A stretch of DNA of 64,000 nt from Okamejei kenojei (GCA_035221665.1 CM069143.1:41354001-41418000); one strand, 5' to 3'. Shown: positions 27,849 to 41,896, counted from the first letter of the stretch. Notes: generated from the sequence alone by a model not told the origin. Numbers and translations are program-made.

Positions 27849-30341
27849 GTACACTTTGTTCCTACAAAGCTATATAAGAAAAGGAACATAGACGGAAAAA
27901 TATGGTGGTAGACCTGGAAAAAATATCCATAAAGGGGCGGTACCTTCTCTATAGGAAGGAACTTCAGTTACTAGTTTATATCGAAGATAAGGCACAAAAT
28001 GCCGGAGTAACTCAGCGGGTCAGGCAGCATCAGTGGAGAAAAAGGATAGGTGATGTTTTGGGTCGAGACCCTTCTTCAGACCCCCAAAAATGTCACCTAT
28101 TCCTTTTCTTCAGCATTACTCCAGCATTTTGTGTCTTATTCAGTATCTTCTGTACTTCTTTGCCACTGCCTTCGCTACCCTGCCTGTCCCTTGCCTTCTC
28201 ATCTTTTGTTATATCTCCCACATTCTTATTTTGTTCCATCATTGAAATCATTACAGCACAGAAGCCCAAGAGTCTTTGTCAGTTCCATGCAGAGGGGTCT
28301 ATTTACTTGCCTCACTCTTTCTCCATGCCCCTGTAAATTAATTTCATAGTGCCTTTTTCTAAGACCTAACTAAATCTGCTTCCAACATCCCAAAAGGCAC
28401 AGTTGCAAATCACCTCCACTCTGCATTAAAAAAATCTCTGATCCCATCCCCTATGTTTTACTCTTGACTTTAAATTTGTGCCTTGAATATCTTTCCTATA
28501 CTTATCACAACTAAAGTCATCATGAGCTTGTACACCTCCATCATTCATCCCAACCTTCTCTGCTCCAAGACGAAGCATGGTTTCCCCAGTCTGAACTAAT
28601 TTCTGATAACCATCATTCCAGAATCATCCTGGAGCTTTTCTTCATCCACCCTATGACCTTTATATCCTCCCCACAGGCTGATAGCCAGGATTGGGCACAA
28701 TATTCCAGTGGTTTTGTAATCATTCCTTTGTCAAACATTCAATGCAACTCCCTGACACTATTGATGAAATCCTGCACCCCGAAGCCTGTCAATCAGCTAC
28801 TCAACATATACGCTTCTTTTAAATGTTTAAGCACATCTGCAGCCAGGTCTCTCTGTTTTTGTGCATTTTTTAGAGTTTTGCCATTAAGCTTATTTTGTCT
28901 CTCCTCGTTCATTCTGCCAAATTGTATCAGTATCTCATATTCTTCTTCATTGTTACTTCAGACTCCTTGTTTTCACTTCTCTCCCTCGCTCCTCTCCCGT
29001 TTGAATTGGCTACAACATGTGAATGGGTTTCTTATCATTTTATTTTCTATGCTGAACCAGGTTAACCATAAATTAAGCATTTGAAAGTTGGGACTCCTTG
29101 AGGTAGAAATTCACCCTCATTGGCTAAGTGTCTAGTGCATTTTACACTGCTTCTGAAGTCAATAGAATTCAATTTTGAAAGCGCAATGTGCTTTGGCTAA
29201 TGTGTGGTGTATTTGGTTCATGTGTCTGATGATGAGGATCAAACTCCATTAATAGTTAAAAGAGCTGACAGAATGCTGATATTTATCTTACAGGACTTAG
29301 ATAGAAAGTAAAGTCAGTTGTGTGATATATCTCTGGCAGACGATTTTAGGCTCAGAAGTACAGTAGAAACGTACCAGATTGAAATAAGGGGGTGAATGAA
29401 GAATGTATGTATTTAGCTTGTATATGCTCATGTTGATTATGTCAAGGCCAATCGCTTAAAAATATGCTACCGAGCATGGTGGTGGAAAAAGTTACCATGG
29501 CAGCTATGGAATTAAAATACCGAATAACCTAAGCAGCAATGAGTGCAAAACCACTGGATTATTGCAATAGTAACTGATGTCCTTTAAGGTTCTGGAGATC
29601 TGATCTGGTCTGGAGATAAATCTGGTCTGGATCTAAAAATCATGGAGATAGTCTTGTCAGGATTGAAAGAGAGGAACAATTCACTCAGAAAAAAAGCGGG
29701 AATCGAAAATTTATTCCCGAGCCAGCTGTAGATGCTGAATCAATTCACACTTTTCCAGAATGCTTTTAACTTCTGTAAAATTAGGTTATGATATCATGTG
29801 ACTTCATCATTACAAATTAATGGAGTTGGGTACAGATCGGAGAGGAAATTAAAGCGTTCTATTAATTTACAACCAAGATATCAAGAGAATAAGAATTGTC
29901 AGTGTAATGTAATAATTTAATTGCATTCATGAATATTCCTTTTGTTCAGTCACTCTAAGCTCTTACATTGCATGTAGAAACCAGACAAATATTTGCCCAG
30001 AGTGAAATCAAAGTCAAAACCAACTCCCTGCTCCTATCCTTTCAGCTCACACAAGAACCACATTGTGGGAAATTAATAAGAAATGGGCCATAATTTTCTG
30101 TTCATTAAAATTAATTGGTGTTATGTTTGAAATAGCACATTATTGACTCATTATTGTTTTAACTGCAACTCTTGCAGCATATTATTCGTGAAACTAAGCA
30201 AAGTGACAGCAGGATAACACATTGATATCATCATAAGAAAGGCCACAGGGCAATCTCTCAGACGTGCACTCATCTTACAGCAGATTTCATTATAACAAAT
30301 AAAAGCTTAATGTTAATCTTTGGTAATCTGTATTGTTACAG

Positions 30342-30451
30342 GCGTGTGGCTAATAGGAATACAACAAATCAGGATGTGACATCAGGATGTGGTGTATTTG
30401 GGAAGAAGAAAAAGCAGTGCAAAGACAAGTATCTGGCCAAGCACAGCGCAA
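30342..30451 (+). CDS. MPP1: MPP1 exon, HOOK/4.1-binding region (FGKKKKQCKDKYLAKHSA)
   Basis: Basic KKKK motif, 110 nt, phases 2/1. Confidence 0.95.
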
Positions 30452-30969
30452 GTATGACTTCTGCCATTTTTTATGTGGCATTGCTCATTAATGTTTGGGA
30501 TACATGAGGAACACCAGATGCTTGCTACCCTTCTGGTCAGGAGATGGAGATATTAATTGCAAAAAATGTAAACGTATCCAGACGGTCTGATTTTACTGTG
30601 AGGTCTGGAGCCACATGGTCAGTTCCACATCATAAGGGAAATGATACTGATGATAAAAGATTACATTTTACACATTTAGCATTATTGTCAAGGCAGGCTA
30701 TTGTCTGAGGCTCTACCAGATCACAATTGTGACGTTCCAATTAACTCTGAATTCAGCTATTCCAAATCATCCCCATCACATACGCTGTTTGTTTTAACTA
30801 CTGAGGAACTGCACATTCCTTTTTACTTTTTAGGTAATTATTCTAAAGTTCCTTGGGAAGGCCTTCCCTTTTCCATTAACTCAAGCTCATTCAAGACTCC
30901 TGGTTCAGCAATCTCTCAATTTTAAAACCCTTCAAGGTCTTGACTATCTTTGTAAACGTCCAAGATATA

Positions 30970-32581
30970 CAGTGGCTTGCAAAAGTTTTCATACCCCTTG
31001 AACTTTTCCACATTTTGTTACGTTACAACCACAAACGTAAATGTATTTTATTGGGATTTTATGTGATAGACCAGCACAAAGTGGCGCATAATTGTGAAGT
31101 GGAAGGAAAATGATACATGGTTTTCAAATTTTATTACAAATAAAAAACTGAAAAGTGTGGCGTGCAAAAGTATTCAGCCCCCTTTACTCTGATACCCCTA
31201 AATAAAATGCAGTGCAACCAATTGCCTTCAGAAGTCACCTAATTAGTAAATAGAGTTCACTTGTGTGTAATCTAATCTCAGTATAAATACAGCTGTTCTG
31301 TGAAGGCCTCAGAGGTTTGTTAGAGAACATTAGTGAACAAGCAGCATCATGAAGCCCAAGGAACACACCAGACAGGTCAGGGATAAAGTTGTGGGGAAGT
31401 TTAAAGCAGGATTAGGTTATAAAAAAAAATCCCAAGCTTTGAACATTTCACGGAGCACTGTTCAATCCATCATCCGAAAATGGAAAGAGTATGGCACAAC
31501 TGCAAACCTACCAAGACATGGCCGTCCACCTAAACTGACAGGCCGGGCAAGGAGAGCATTGATCAGAGAAGCAGCCAAGAGGCCCATGGTAACTCTGGAG
31601 GAGCTGCAGAGATCCACAGCTCAGGTGGGAGAATCTGTCCACAGGACAACTATTAGTCATGCACTCCTTTATGGAAGAGTGGCAAGATGGCCATTGAAAG
31701 CCATTGTTGAAACAAAGCCATAAGAAGTCCCGTTTGCAGTTTGCCACAAGCTATGTGGGGGACACAGCAAACATGTGGAGCAAGGTGCTCTGGTCTGATG
31801 AAACCAAAATTGAAGTTTTTGGCCTAAATCCAAAACGTTATGTGTGGCGGAAAACTAACACTGCACATCGCCCTGAACATACCATCCCCACTGTGAAACA
31901 TGGTGGTGGCAGCATCATGCTGTGGGGATGTTTTTCTTCAGCAGGGATAGGGAAGCTGGTCAGAGTTGATGGGAAGATGGATGGAGCCAAATAAAGGGCA
32001 ATCTTGGAAGAAAACTTGTTAGAGTCTGCAAAAGACTTGAGACGGGGGCGGAGGTTCACCTTCCAGCAGGACAACGACCCTAAACATACAGCCAGAGATA
32101 CAATGGAATGGTTTAGATCAAAGCATATTCATGTGTTAGAATGGCCCAGTCAAAGTCCAGACCTAAATCCAATTGAGAATCTCTGGCAAGACTTGAAAAT
32201 TGCTGTTCGCAGACGCTCTCCATCCAATCTGACTGAGCTTGAGCTATTTTGCAAAGAAGAATGGGCAAGAATTTCAGTCTCTAGATGTGCAAAGCTGGTA
32301 GAGACATACCCCAAAAGACTTGCAGCTGTAATTGCAGCGAAAGGTGGTTCTACAAAGTATTGACTCAGGGGGGCTGAATACTTTTGCACGCTAAACTTTT
32401 CAGTTTTTTAGTTGTAATAGAATTTGGAAACCATGTATCATTTTCCTTCCACTTCACAATTATGCGTCACTTTGTGTTGGTCTATCACATAAAATCCCAA
32501 TAAAATACATTTACGTTTGTGGTTGTAACGTGACAAAATGTGGAAAAGCTCAAGGAGTATGAAAACGTTTGCAAGCCACTG
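30970..32581 (+). mobile_element. Tc1-family DNA transposon, DD34E transposase pseudogene
   Basis: TA TSD, about 210-bp TIRs beginning CAGTGGCTTGCAAA; [14 protein letters not shown] and SPDLNPIE motifs; frameshift near 31670-31700 and stop at 31992. Confidence 0.96.
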
Positions 32582-32820
32582 TATATACTCTCTGATCCTG
32601 GCCTCCTCTACATCCCCATTATTAAATGGGCCTTCAGCTGCCTCAACCCCAACAATTTTATGTTTCTAAACCAACTTTCTACCTCGCTCTTAAAATGTAT
32701 TTCTTGAAGATTTCGGTTACCCGCTCTAATATTTTTCAGTCATATTTTATATGAAATGTTACATCTTGGTAAATCAAAGGCACAATGTAGTTGTTAAAGG
32801 AAAGCTATGTACTGTGATAT

Positions 32821-34735
32821 CAGAGCTGCCAACTCTCGCGCATTGAGCATGAGACTCACGCATTGAGCATGAGACTCAAGCATTTCGCCCAATTCTCACG
32901 CTCTCACGCTGATCACAGAATTTCTCACGCTCTGTCGTGAGAATTTCTGTGATCTACGAGAATTTCAAAACTCATATCAACTGCAGGTGTTGGAGTGCCG
33001 TGGCGGAGGGAGGGATGGAAGCAAAAGCAGCGGCGGAAACAGATGCGGATGGGGAGCCGGGGCTGGCGAGTGTTTGCTGGTCTGGCAAGTCACTCCGGCC
33101 ATGGAGCAGCCTCAGTGCAAGAGTCCCGGGCCGTTGAAGGCATTGCGCCGCTGCCGTGAGAGCACCGAATTCACCCTGGTGAACGGCATGGACCAAGGCT
33201 GCGGCTCGGTGCATCCTGGAGGACAACCAGTGGCTGCTGGAAGTAGGTTCCAAGCACTGGGTAGAAGCAGTGGAAGATAGTGGCCTTCAAATGGGGGTGG
33301 TTGGAGAAAGCATCCTGCTTGCCTGCTAGATTTTCACTTACTGTAACTGCAGGAAATATGTTCCCGATGTTCAGAACCAGGGGTCACAGTTTAAGAATAA
33401 GGGGTAGGCCAGTTAGGGCTGAGATGAGGACAAACCTTCTTCACCCAGAGAGTTGTGAATCTGTGGAATTCAGAAGGCAGTGGAGGTGGATGTCAATTCA
33501 TTGGATGTTTTCAAGAGAGTTACATTTAGCTCTTGGGGCTAGCGAAATCAAGGGATATGGAAAAAAAACAGGAAAGAGGTACAGATTTTAGGTGAACAGC
33601 CATGATCATATTGAATGGCAGTGCTGGCTTGAAGGGCCGAATGGCCTATTCCTGCACCTATTTTCTATATCTCTATGCTTGAGTATATGGCAATAAAACC
33701 CGACCACTTGATTTTGAAGCATTCATGCATGGTGGAGGTGTAATGTAGTCATAGAGTGATACAGCTGAGAGGAAGACAGCAAAATACCTAAAATATTGGG
33801 GGTGAAAATGACTTGACAGTTTGTTAGGGAAATGAAGGAAATGGTAACAGAATACTTATACAGCCGAGTGAGTATAATTTAATGGATGAGAAATTGTGTT
33901 CAACCAATTGATGACTTCTTTGACAAAGTAACTAGCATGTTAGATAACAAGGAAGCCAAAGGATGTAGCAAATTTTGCTATACAAAATTTGGTCCGTGAA
34001 GTGCCCCATAAATGATTACCGTATTAGATAAGCACCTGTGGACTTGAACGTAATAGGTTAAGTCCAGGGGGTCAGATATGGGGCTTTATGTGTGGGCCAG
34101 ATATATTGTCAGTGCAAAGGGGCTAGGAGCAAGGCCAAGTGTGCATTCAGAGTCAAGGTCTGGAATAGTACTAGGTGTGCAGTCAAAGCTTGGACAATGG
34201 GAGTGTTCAGCACAGGGAACCTAAGCAGGTAAGCAGCAATGATCAGGGTAGAATAGGGGGCCAGGTACAAGGCTGGACTCAGGATCAGGAATCAGAGAAC
34301 GTATGCAACTGGAGTCAGGGTCAGGAGTAGTACCACAAGTGGTAGTCTCACAAGTGTGCAGTGAGACCCAGGTTGGTCAACATGGGCCAAGTGCTTGAGT
34401 ATAATCAGGTTTCCATACATGAATACACTAAGATAATTCATGTGCTGCAACCTGTTGATCAGAGCCTGGCTCTACTGTGGAATGTAATTAGGAATGTAAT
34501 TTAGCCGAACCTTATTCATAGCTAATCCAATTTAAAGCATAAAGACTTTGTTAAGACTTGCTACAGTATGCACCAGATTGCACAATTTCAAGCTGAAAAA
34601 TGCAAAAGCTCCATACCAATAGGAGGGGGCACACCATCCACCCCCCCCCCCCCCCCCCTTCGGTCGCTACGCTCCCTCAGGCTTGGTCTCTCACAATTTC
34701 TCACTCCCAACTCTCACCCAATGTTGGCAGCCGTG
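32821..34735. mobile_element. Non-autonomous DNA transposon (hAT-like) with nested CR1 fragments
   Basis: TIR CAGAGCTGCCAAC / GTTGGCAGCCGTG; GTGATAT direct repeat on both sides. Confidence 0.65.
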
Positions 34736-34921
34736 GTGATATATTGTTGCCATACAGACTGAGAAATGTCCTGCTGTGTCCACAACGTTTGTGCTATTAA
34801 ATACTTTGAACTGCTGTCACTACCCTCCAGTGCTTTCGCAGTTGTTACTGTATACATCAAAGTGGCAGCAGTCCACTTTATTTTCCTTTAAACTTACAGC
34901 TTTTGACTGTTGTTTCTCCAG

Positions 34922-35002
34922 TTTTTGATCGCCTGGATCTAGTCTCATATGAGGAAGTGGTGCAACTCCCTGCATTCAACAGAAAGACTCTGGTGCTTCT
35001 TG
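34922..35002 (+). CDS. MPP1: MPP1 exon ([26 protein letters not shown])
   Basis: 81 nt, cag/gtgagc. Confidence 0.95.
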
Positions 35003-35333
35003 GTGAGCATTGCTGATTAACTGCAACCGACTGTTTATAATCACATCATACTGTTTCACGACTGCTTTCTTAGATTATCAAACTCTTTTCAAATTTTAAA
35101 TGTAGCTTTATCTGATTGGAAATTTAGACTAGCATAGCAGAATCCTTCCATTTAGTGGATGGATAGAAGACATGTGCATTCCCTATACTGTGTGCATGTC
35201 ATCCAGCATATACTTAGAATAGGTGCAAGGAAACAGAATCTCAGCCTCAACACTAAATAGAACACCCTGCAATGAAGTATCACGTTTACTAATGCTCACA
35301 AGTGTACTAAAATTCTTTCCTTTTCATTTGCAG

Positions 35334-35414
35334 GGGCCAATGGTGTCGGGCGAAGTCACATCAAAAATGCTCTGATTACTAAACACTCTGACAAGTTTGC
35401 ATATCCAATTCCAC
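35334..35414 (+). CDS. MPP1: MPP1 exon, GUK (GANGVGRSHIKNALITKHSDKFAYPIP)
   Basis: 81 nt; GRSHIKNAL is MPP1-type. Confidence 0.95.
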
Positions 35415-35546
35415 GTAAGTACCAGCAGAGGACTGCAGAAAAAAACAATCATTGTATCACTGTTGTTGGAGTAAATATAACTTCCTGCCATTGTCTTGAG
35501 AAATAATATTATTTGTGTCAGTGTAGGTTCCTCTTCCTAAATTATT

Positions 35547-35860
35547 TTCTTCTTACTTTTTAAGCCCGATACTCCTCTAGGGAGCATAGGCCATTGACAA
35601 ATGTCCTCCACCTCACTCGGTTGTTGGAAGTTCTTTCGAGATCTCCCCAGTTGAACACACTCTCAGACATTTCTATCTTGACACCTCTTCTCCAGCTGTT
35701 CCTGGGGTGACTTTTTTCCTTGGGGGTTCCATTTCAGGGCTTGCCGGGTGATGTTTGTGGCAGGTTTCCTGAGTGTGTGTCCAATCCAACTCCATTTTTT
35801 CCTTTGAATTTGCAAGTGAATGGGTTCCTGGCTTGTTCTTTTCCACAGGTCCACATTGAC
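35547..35860 (-). mobile_element. RTE-clade LINE 3' fragment
   Basis: KWSWIGHTLRKPATNITRQALKWNPQG motif. Confidence 0.8.
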
Positions 35861-35863
35861 TTT

Positions 35864-35906
35864 GAGAGAGAGAGAGAGAGAGAGTGAGAGATGAGAGAGA
35901 GAGAGA
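35864..35906. repeat. (GA)n microsatellite
   Basis: Direct reading. Confidence 0.9.
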
Positions 35907-35910
35907 TCAC

Positions 35911-36120
35911 CCAACCCGTAATTAGATGTAATAAATCTATGAATGGTATCCATGCCTTCGAAAGATTATCTGGTTTTTCTGTGTCTAATATTTTCAACAT
36001 ATAGTGTCTTGGACATTCGCTGTTATCAGGCCATAATTAAGGAAACGTCTTTGAAATAATGATAGCTCAGAGCAGGCTAGTGATGTACCTAGAATGATCA
36101 ACTCCGTGTAGGGATCCGAT
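35911..36120 (-). mobile_element. L1-clade ORF2 C-terminal fragment
   Basis: IILG...LNYGLITA...WIPFIDLL, resembling the end of the 20301-20933 ORF. Confidence 0.6.
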
Positions 36121-36689
36121 TGTATTTTTAGATCGCATTTTATAATGCGCCGCTGAGTCATTCTGACCACCGGCGCCCCCCCCCCCCCCCCCCCCATTAC
36201 ACCCTTCTTCACGGCGGCCCTGTGATGTCTCGGATCGTACAATTTGAGGGAGCTACCCGGTAACAACACTAAGAGCAGCTCCGGACCGCCGTGCTCCCCG
36301 ATTCGAATCGACTCAATGACTTACGGACACACGCTCCATCCTGCACTGCGCTTGCTGCGGACCAGAAAAAATCTTGTGGCGGGCCAGATGTGGCCTGCGG
36401 GCCATAGGTTGGAGACCCCTGGCTTAACCCAAAAATATTTGTACTTAAAGGCCTTGGTTATAGCAATTCAATCTGGGGCACTCTTTTTAGAGATTGTTTT
36501 AAGATTTCAGCTGAGAGATTGTGCCTTGACTTGATCCCCAAAGAATGGTTTTCTTAGTCTCAGGCTCCTCGCCAGGAGAAATCAACCATGTCATGCACTG
36601 AGAACATCAACAGTGCTCCACCAAAGCAACTGTAGGATCTGCAGTGTGCCCAAGCAGAAAATGTGATAGTTGCTCTTAAATCTACTTAA

Positions 36690-37590
36690 ATCAGAGCATT
36701 GAATATAGGAGTAGGGAAGTAATGTTAAAATTGTACAAGGCATTGGTAAGACCAATTCTGGAGTATGGTGTACAATTTTGGTCGCCTAATTATAGGAAGG
36801 ATGTCAACAAAATAGAGATGGTACAGAGGAGATTTACTAGAATGTTGCCAGGGTTCCAGCAACTATGTTACAGAGAAAGGTTGAACAAGTTAGGTCTTTA
36901 TTCTTTGGAGCGCAGAAGGTTAAGGGGGGACTTGATTGAGGTCTTTAAAATGATGAAAGGGATAGACAGAGTTGACGTGGATAAGCTTTTCCCATTGAGG
37001 GTAGGGAAGATTCAAACAAGAGGGCATGACATGAGAATTAAGGGACAGAAGTTTAGGGATAACGTGAGGGGGAACTTCTCTACTCAGAGGGGAAAACAAA
37101 TGGCCGGCACAGACTGGAAGGGCCGAGTGGGCCTGTTTCCGTGCTGTAATTGTTATATAGTTATATGGTTACTGCACCAAGGACAACTAATGCAAAATTA
37201 ATTAAAGCGTGACGAATCATGTATACATCTTTTGTGTATAAAATCATGAAAGGAATAGAGTGGGTAGATGCACACAGTCTCTTGCCAGAGTAGGTGAGTC
37301 GAGGACCAGAGGACATTGGTTTAAGGTGAAGGGGAAAAGATTTAATAGGAATCTGAGGGGTAGCTTTCTCACACAAAGGGTGGTGGGTGTATGGAACAAG
37401 CTGCCAGAGGAGGTAGTTGAGGTTGGGATTATCCCACCATTTAAGAAACAGTTAGACAAGTACATAGATAGGACAGATTTGGAGGGGTATGGACCAAATG
37501 CGGGCAGGTGGGACTAGTGTAGCTGGGACATGTTGGCTGGTGGGCAAGTTGGGCCGAAGGGCCTGTTTCCACACTGTATCACTCTATGCC
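36690..37590 (+). mobile_element. Two adjacent CR1 LINE 3' fragments (approximate ends)
   Basis: LYKALVRPILEY...RRLRGDLIEVFK and TRGH motifs. Confidence 0.88.
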
Positions 37591-37934
37591 TCTATCACAA
37601 AGATTATAAAAGCTGTTTTTATGTGTCATTATGTGTTATCGTTAAACTTTTCAATGTCATCCATGGAAGTATGTTTACTGAAGAATCAAATCATCTTCAA
37701 TTTGTGGAACTTTTAATTCAAATTCCTTTGCAGAAGTAAAGAGCTCCAAAGGAAAAATGCAAAATTGTTGGCTAGATTCCCATATTCCAACACAATATTT
37801 TGCTCTGCGCTAATTGGTAGAATTATAATCTGATAAGCAGAAACAACAGAAAATCTTGCTTTTCCACTTCATAATCTGCTCCCATCTCCCCACCTCACAA
37901 AAATGAACCTTTCATACTTATTTTCCGTTACTAG

Positions 37935-38140
37935 ACACTTCAAGGTCACCAAAGAACAATGAAGAAGATGGAAAGAGCTACTACTTTATTTCCAATGATG
38001 ACATGGTGAAGAACATTACCTCAAATGAATTCCTGGAATATGGAAGCTTCCAAGGGGCCATGTTTGGAACAAAGCTGGAGACAATCCGTAAGATCAACGA
38101 AGGACAGGGGAAAATTGCAGTGGTGGACATTGAGCCCCAG
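37935..38140 (+). CDS. MPP1: MPP1 exon, GUK (HTSRSPK...[17 protein letters not shown]...DIEPQ)
   Basis: GUK signature, 206 nt, tag/gtatgt. Confidence 0.95.
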
Positions 38141-39611
38141 GTATGTCCCAAAATGGAACTAATTAGATTAGAGATACAACGTGGATACAGGCCCTTCGGC
38201 CCACCGAGTCTGTACCGACCAGCGATCCCCGCACATTAACACTATCCAACACACACTAGGGACAATATACATTTTAGGCCAAGCCAATTAACCTACAAAC
38301 CTACACTTCTTTGGAGTGTGAGAGGAAACTGAAGATCTCGGAGAAAACCCACGCGGTCATGGGAAAAACGTACAAACTCCGTACAGACAGCACCCAGAGT
38401 CAGGATCGAAACCTGGTCTCTGGCGTTGTAAGGCAGCAACTCTACCGCTGCACCACCGTGCTGCCCTATTCCAGAGGATTATATTCTAATGTTTTATTAT
38501 AAAACACAAAGCCTCCCACTGAATACAGTGGGGGACATTGTTTGTTGGACTCCATAGATTAAACTTTTAGTATATTGGAAAAGATGACTAGAGCATAATA
38601 GGGCCATCTCATTCCGTTGGCTACTCTCCCAACAGATTTTGATCCTGTTGCATTTACCGATGTTCTTCCTCGCAATCTCCTATATGGACAATTTTGCTGT
38701 CATCTGCAAATCTACTAACAATGTTAGCTATATTGTCATCTAAATTGTTCAGATTTAACTAAGAGGCAACAGTGGACCGAGCACCATCCCCTGCAGCGTC
38801 GGAAGCCAGGGCTCTAAACAGCCGTGAAGATGGTGCGAGCTGGGGATGGGTCAGCAAATCATTCCATTCATATTCCGTTTACATTTTATATTTACTCTAT
38901 TCTGGCACTCCATGGGGCTTTAGAAATACAGGAGGAGTGGCATCAGCGGGCCAAGGGTGTGTTGTCATTTCATGTGATCTCTGTTGGTCCAGAAAACTGG
39001 ATAATCCAGAAAGGCTCTGGAACCAAGAGTGCTGGAAACCTGTAACATAAAATAAACTACTGCCTAAAATTATACCAGATTTTATAGTGATCTTGAGCAA
39101 TAAGTTATGGCAGAAGACATGTGTACTTTATTTTGAATAGTAATTCTGGACCTTGTACTTCTACCAGTCACCAAGCCCTCTTCAATATCTGTTCAATATT
39201 TCTTTCAAAATAAATCAAATTAATACTCCCTTCGTGTTGCATTGAACCCATAATCTTCCGATTTCCAGGCAGGTTCAACACCTCTGCTACTTGAGGGTAG
39301 AAATTTGTTCATCACAAGTGGGAAGCATGCATTATAGTAGAAACCACATACAATTTAGGGCTGAATTTTGAAGCCAAATATAATACTCAGCTACCTAAAG
39401 CATTTAGCCTAAGGAGTCAAGGCTGAATTTCAACCCTGTGGTCTTCCTGTAAAATGATGTTTACAGGATATTGTTTTGTTATGCTGTAGGTTAAATGCTA
39501 TCTAAGCTTTACCATTCTAGGACAAAAATGTTATCTCCGCTCAAAACCAGGCATATTCTGCCATACAGCGATGTATTATCCTTACCCTGCATGTATTCCC
39601 TCTGTTACCAG

Positions 39612-39695
39612 GCCCTGAAGGTTCTCAGAACGGCTGAGTTCGCACCACTGGTGGTTTTCATCGCTGCTCCCTCTGCAACTCTGCCAGGCACTCAG
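39612..39695 (+). CDS. MPP1: MPP1 exon, GUK (ALKVLRTAEFAPLVVFIAAPSATLPGTQ)
   Basis: 84 nt, phase 0/0. Confidence 0.93.
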
Positions 39696-41246
39696 GTATA
39701 GAGTTTTTTTTACTGAAGATAGTTAAGTTGAAATCAAATTGTTTCAAGTTCAGAAAAAAATAGTACAAACTCATCTGCAGAATAGAGAAAAATAATTTGG
39801 ATTTACAAGACCTAAATCAGGAAATATGGAAAATAAAATGTGATCATTGGACCCCATGGCAGTTTCTACAAATGACAATAAGTGTTGTAACCCCACTTAA
39901 GAAATATCTTGCAGTCACACTACCCTCAGTTACAATATTAGTCTGGGCAGCTCTAACTAAGGAAAGGGGGAAAATGCTGTTTGAGAACTAGGTTTGTATC
40001 AACTCTCCCATGAGACGATCGGTAGAAAGGCCGCAGGATAGAATGTTTTAATATGCTTTTTTACCCCTCTCCATTGTCTATTGGAAATCAATAGTTAACT
40101 GCATCAATTAGATGAAACAGAGCGAGAAGGCTATTTTTAAATAACATTCTGGATTTTAAAATATACCCATTAGAACAAAGGTTTCAAAATGTGATTAATC
40201 TTGGTGCTGTGATTAATAGTCATAACACCTAGAATTATAGTCTCATTATAAAGAAATGGTAAGATAGGGGATAACTTGCATGCTTCATTCTTCTACTGAA
40301 TTTTTGACATTTTCAGTAATGGATTGGTATCCATGTCAATCACCATTCAATATTAATATTCAAGGCAAACAGTTTAGGAATGTCCCCAAAACCATTCTTC
40401 CATAATTTTAGCGTTTCTCTGGACCAGAGCCACGATCGTACACAGTGCCTGAACTTTCATGCCTTTTCATCTTTTGTGAGGAATTTTTTAAAAAAATATA
40501 TCAAAAGTGTATACAAAGTGAATTGCTGTCAATAAAGGGTGGAAAAGGTTCAAAGTGAAACAGCCACCTCAAGTAACACTGGTCATTGACAGTGGCAGGA
40601 AATTGTGTTAATTGAGCAGTGTGAAGCAAAGAAGTAAAATCAAACCCAGAAAAGCAAGGGGCAAAAGCAGAGGAATGTTCATTCAGGATATTAACTTCTA
40701 TTGCTTGCATTTAAATCAGTTCAATTTAAATAGCATGTCAAGAGGTACAAGGGGAACAATGGCTATATGGACTGGAAAGTCATTTACAGTGACAGGGAAC
40801 AGAAGGGGTGGGGGTGGGGCAAGAAGCAAGTCTGAAGGAACACACAAGGTGAGCCAATAATTAAGCAGAAACAAAATATGGAGCCCAAACTCAGAGGTGC
40901 GAAATCAGCTCTCAAATGCGATGTAAGCATTATTCATTATAGGTACATAATATGGATAATAAAAATAATCCCAATATACATTAACAAAACCCCTAGAGGC
41001 CATAATACTTAATCATTAAAATTGACCATCTTGCACATCTATCTATAGCTCCGAATCACTGGCTGTGGCTTTTACAAGCAAGGCCAGCATTTAATGGATC
41101 CATCAACAGTAAAAGATATTCCCTTGATTTAGATAACTGGTGATAATCAATACCACATCCAAGTACGTAACAGACAAGGGATTTTTTTTCTCTGGTCAAA
41201 TGAGCGAACTACTTCAAGGCTAATCTCGGTTCTTTTTTCTCCCCAG

Positions 41247-41423
41247 GCTGAATCTCTCAAGAAGATCCAAAAGGAGTCTGAAATCCTACAGCAAACCTAT
41301 GGACATTGGTTTGACCTGACACTGGTTAACAATGAACTAGAAGATACAGTGCAAAATCTAGTGGAGGCAATTGAAAGTGCATGCACTACAGCACAATGGG
41401 TACCCGTTTCATGGGTCTATTAG
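41247..41423 (+). CDS. MPP1: MPP1 last coding exon ending QWVPVSWVY*
   Basis: Canonical p55/CASK C-terminus, TAG at 41421-41423; tail-to-tail position with DKC1 supports MPP1 rather than CASK. Confidence 0.95.
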   Translation, partial: AESLKKIQKESEILQQTYGHWFDLTLVNNELEDTVQNLVEAIESACTTAQWVPVSWVY

Positions 41424-41449
41424 TGGACCATTGGAGAGTGGGTACAGGA

Positions 41450-41455
41450 AATAAA
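41450..41455 (+). promoter_or_regulatory. Candidate polyadenylation signal for MPP1 (alternatives at 41833 and 43807)
   Basis: AATAAA downstream of the stop; usage unknown. Confidence 0.35.
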
Positions 41456-41896
41456 ATGTACTTTTTAGAATTCATTTAATCCCAAATCAGAGTGCAGTTT
41501 GGAGCGGTCATTTATACTGAAAAACACCTCCACTAGCTTTTTAAGAGTTCATCCAATTGATTCATCTTTCTCCAGAGCCATCAAATTTTATATACTTTAA
41601 AAAAAAGTGACTGTTAACTAATGGGATATTTACAATCGTATTACTCAAAACGTCAGCTGTCTTGCCTAGTGCATAACTTGCGTTTGCTTTAAGTAGCTTT
41701 CCTGCAACCTATTGTATGTGGCCCTTTAATGTACCTGGCCTGCTATTTAAACTCCTCCCATCATTGTAGTGAATGACTCTCTTAGACTCTCTTCTATGTT
41801 TAATATTGCAGCATTTGCACAAAATAGAGAACAATAAAGCATCACTATTTCACCAGCAGATTCAAGAATGGGACATACTGGTCATTAAGCTCAATA

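Noticed and set aside
32937-33280. GC-rich ORFs in an MPP1 intron
   Set aside because: They lie inside a TIR-bounded element and show no recognisable protein similarity
11977-41423. Calling the gene CASK
   Set aside because: No CaM-kinase exons in the window, many MPP1-diagnostic residues, and tail-to-tail synteny with DKC1
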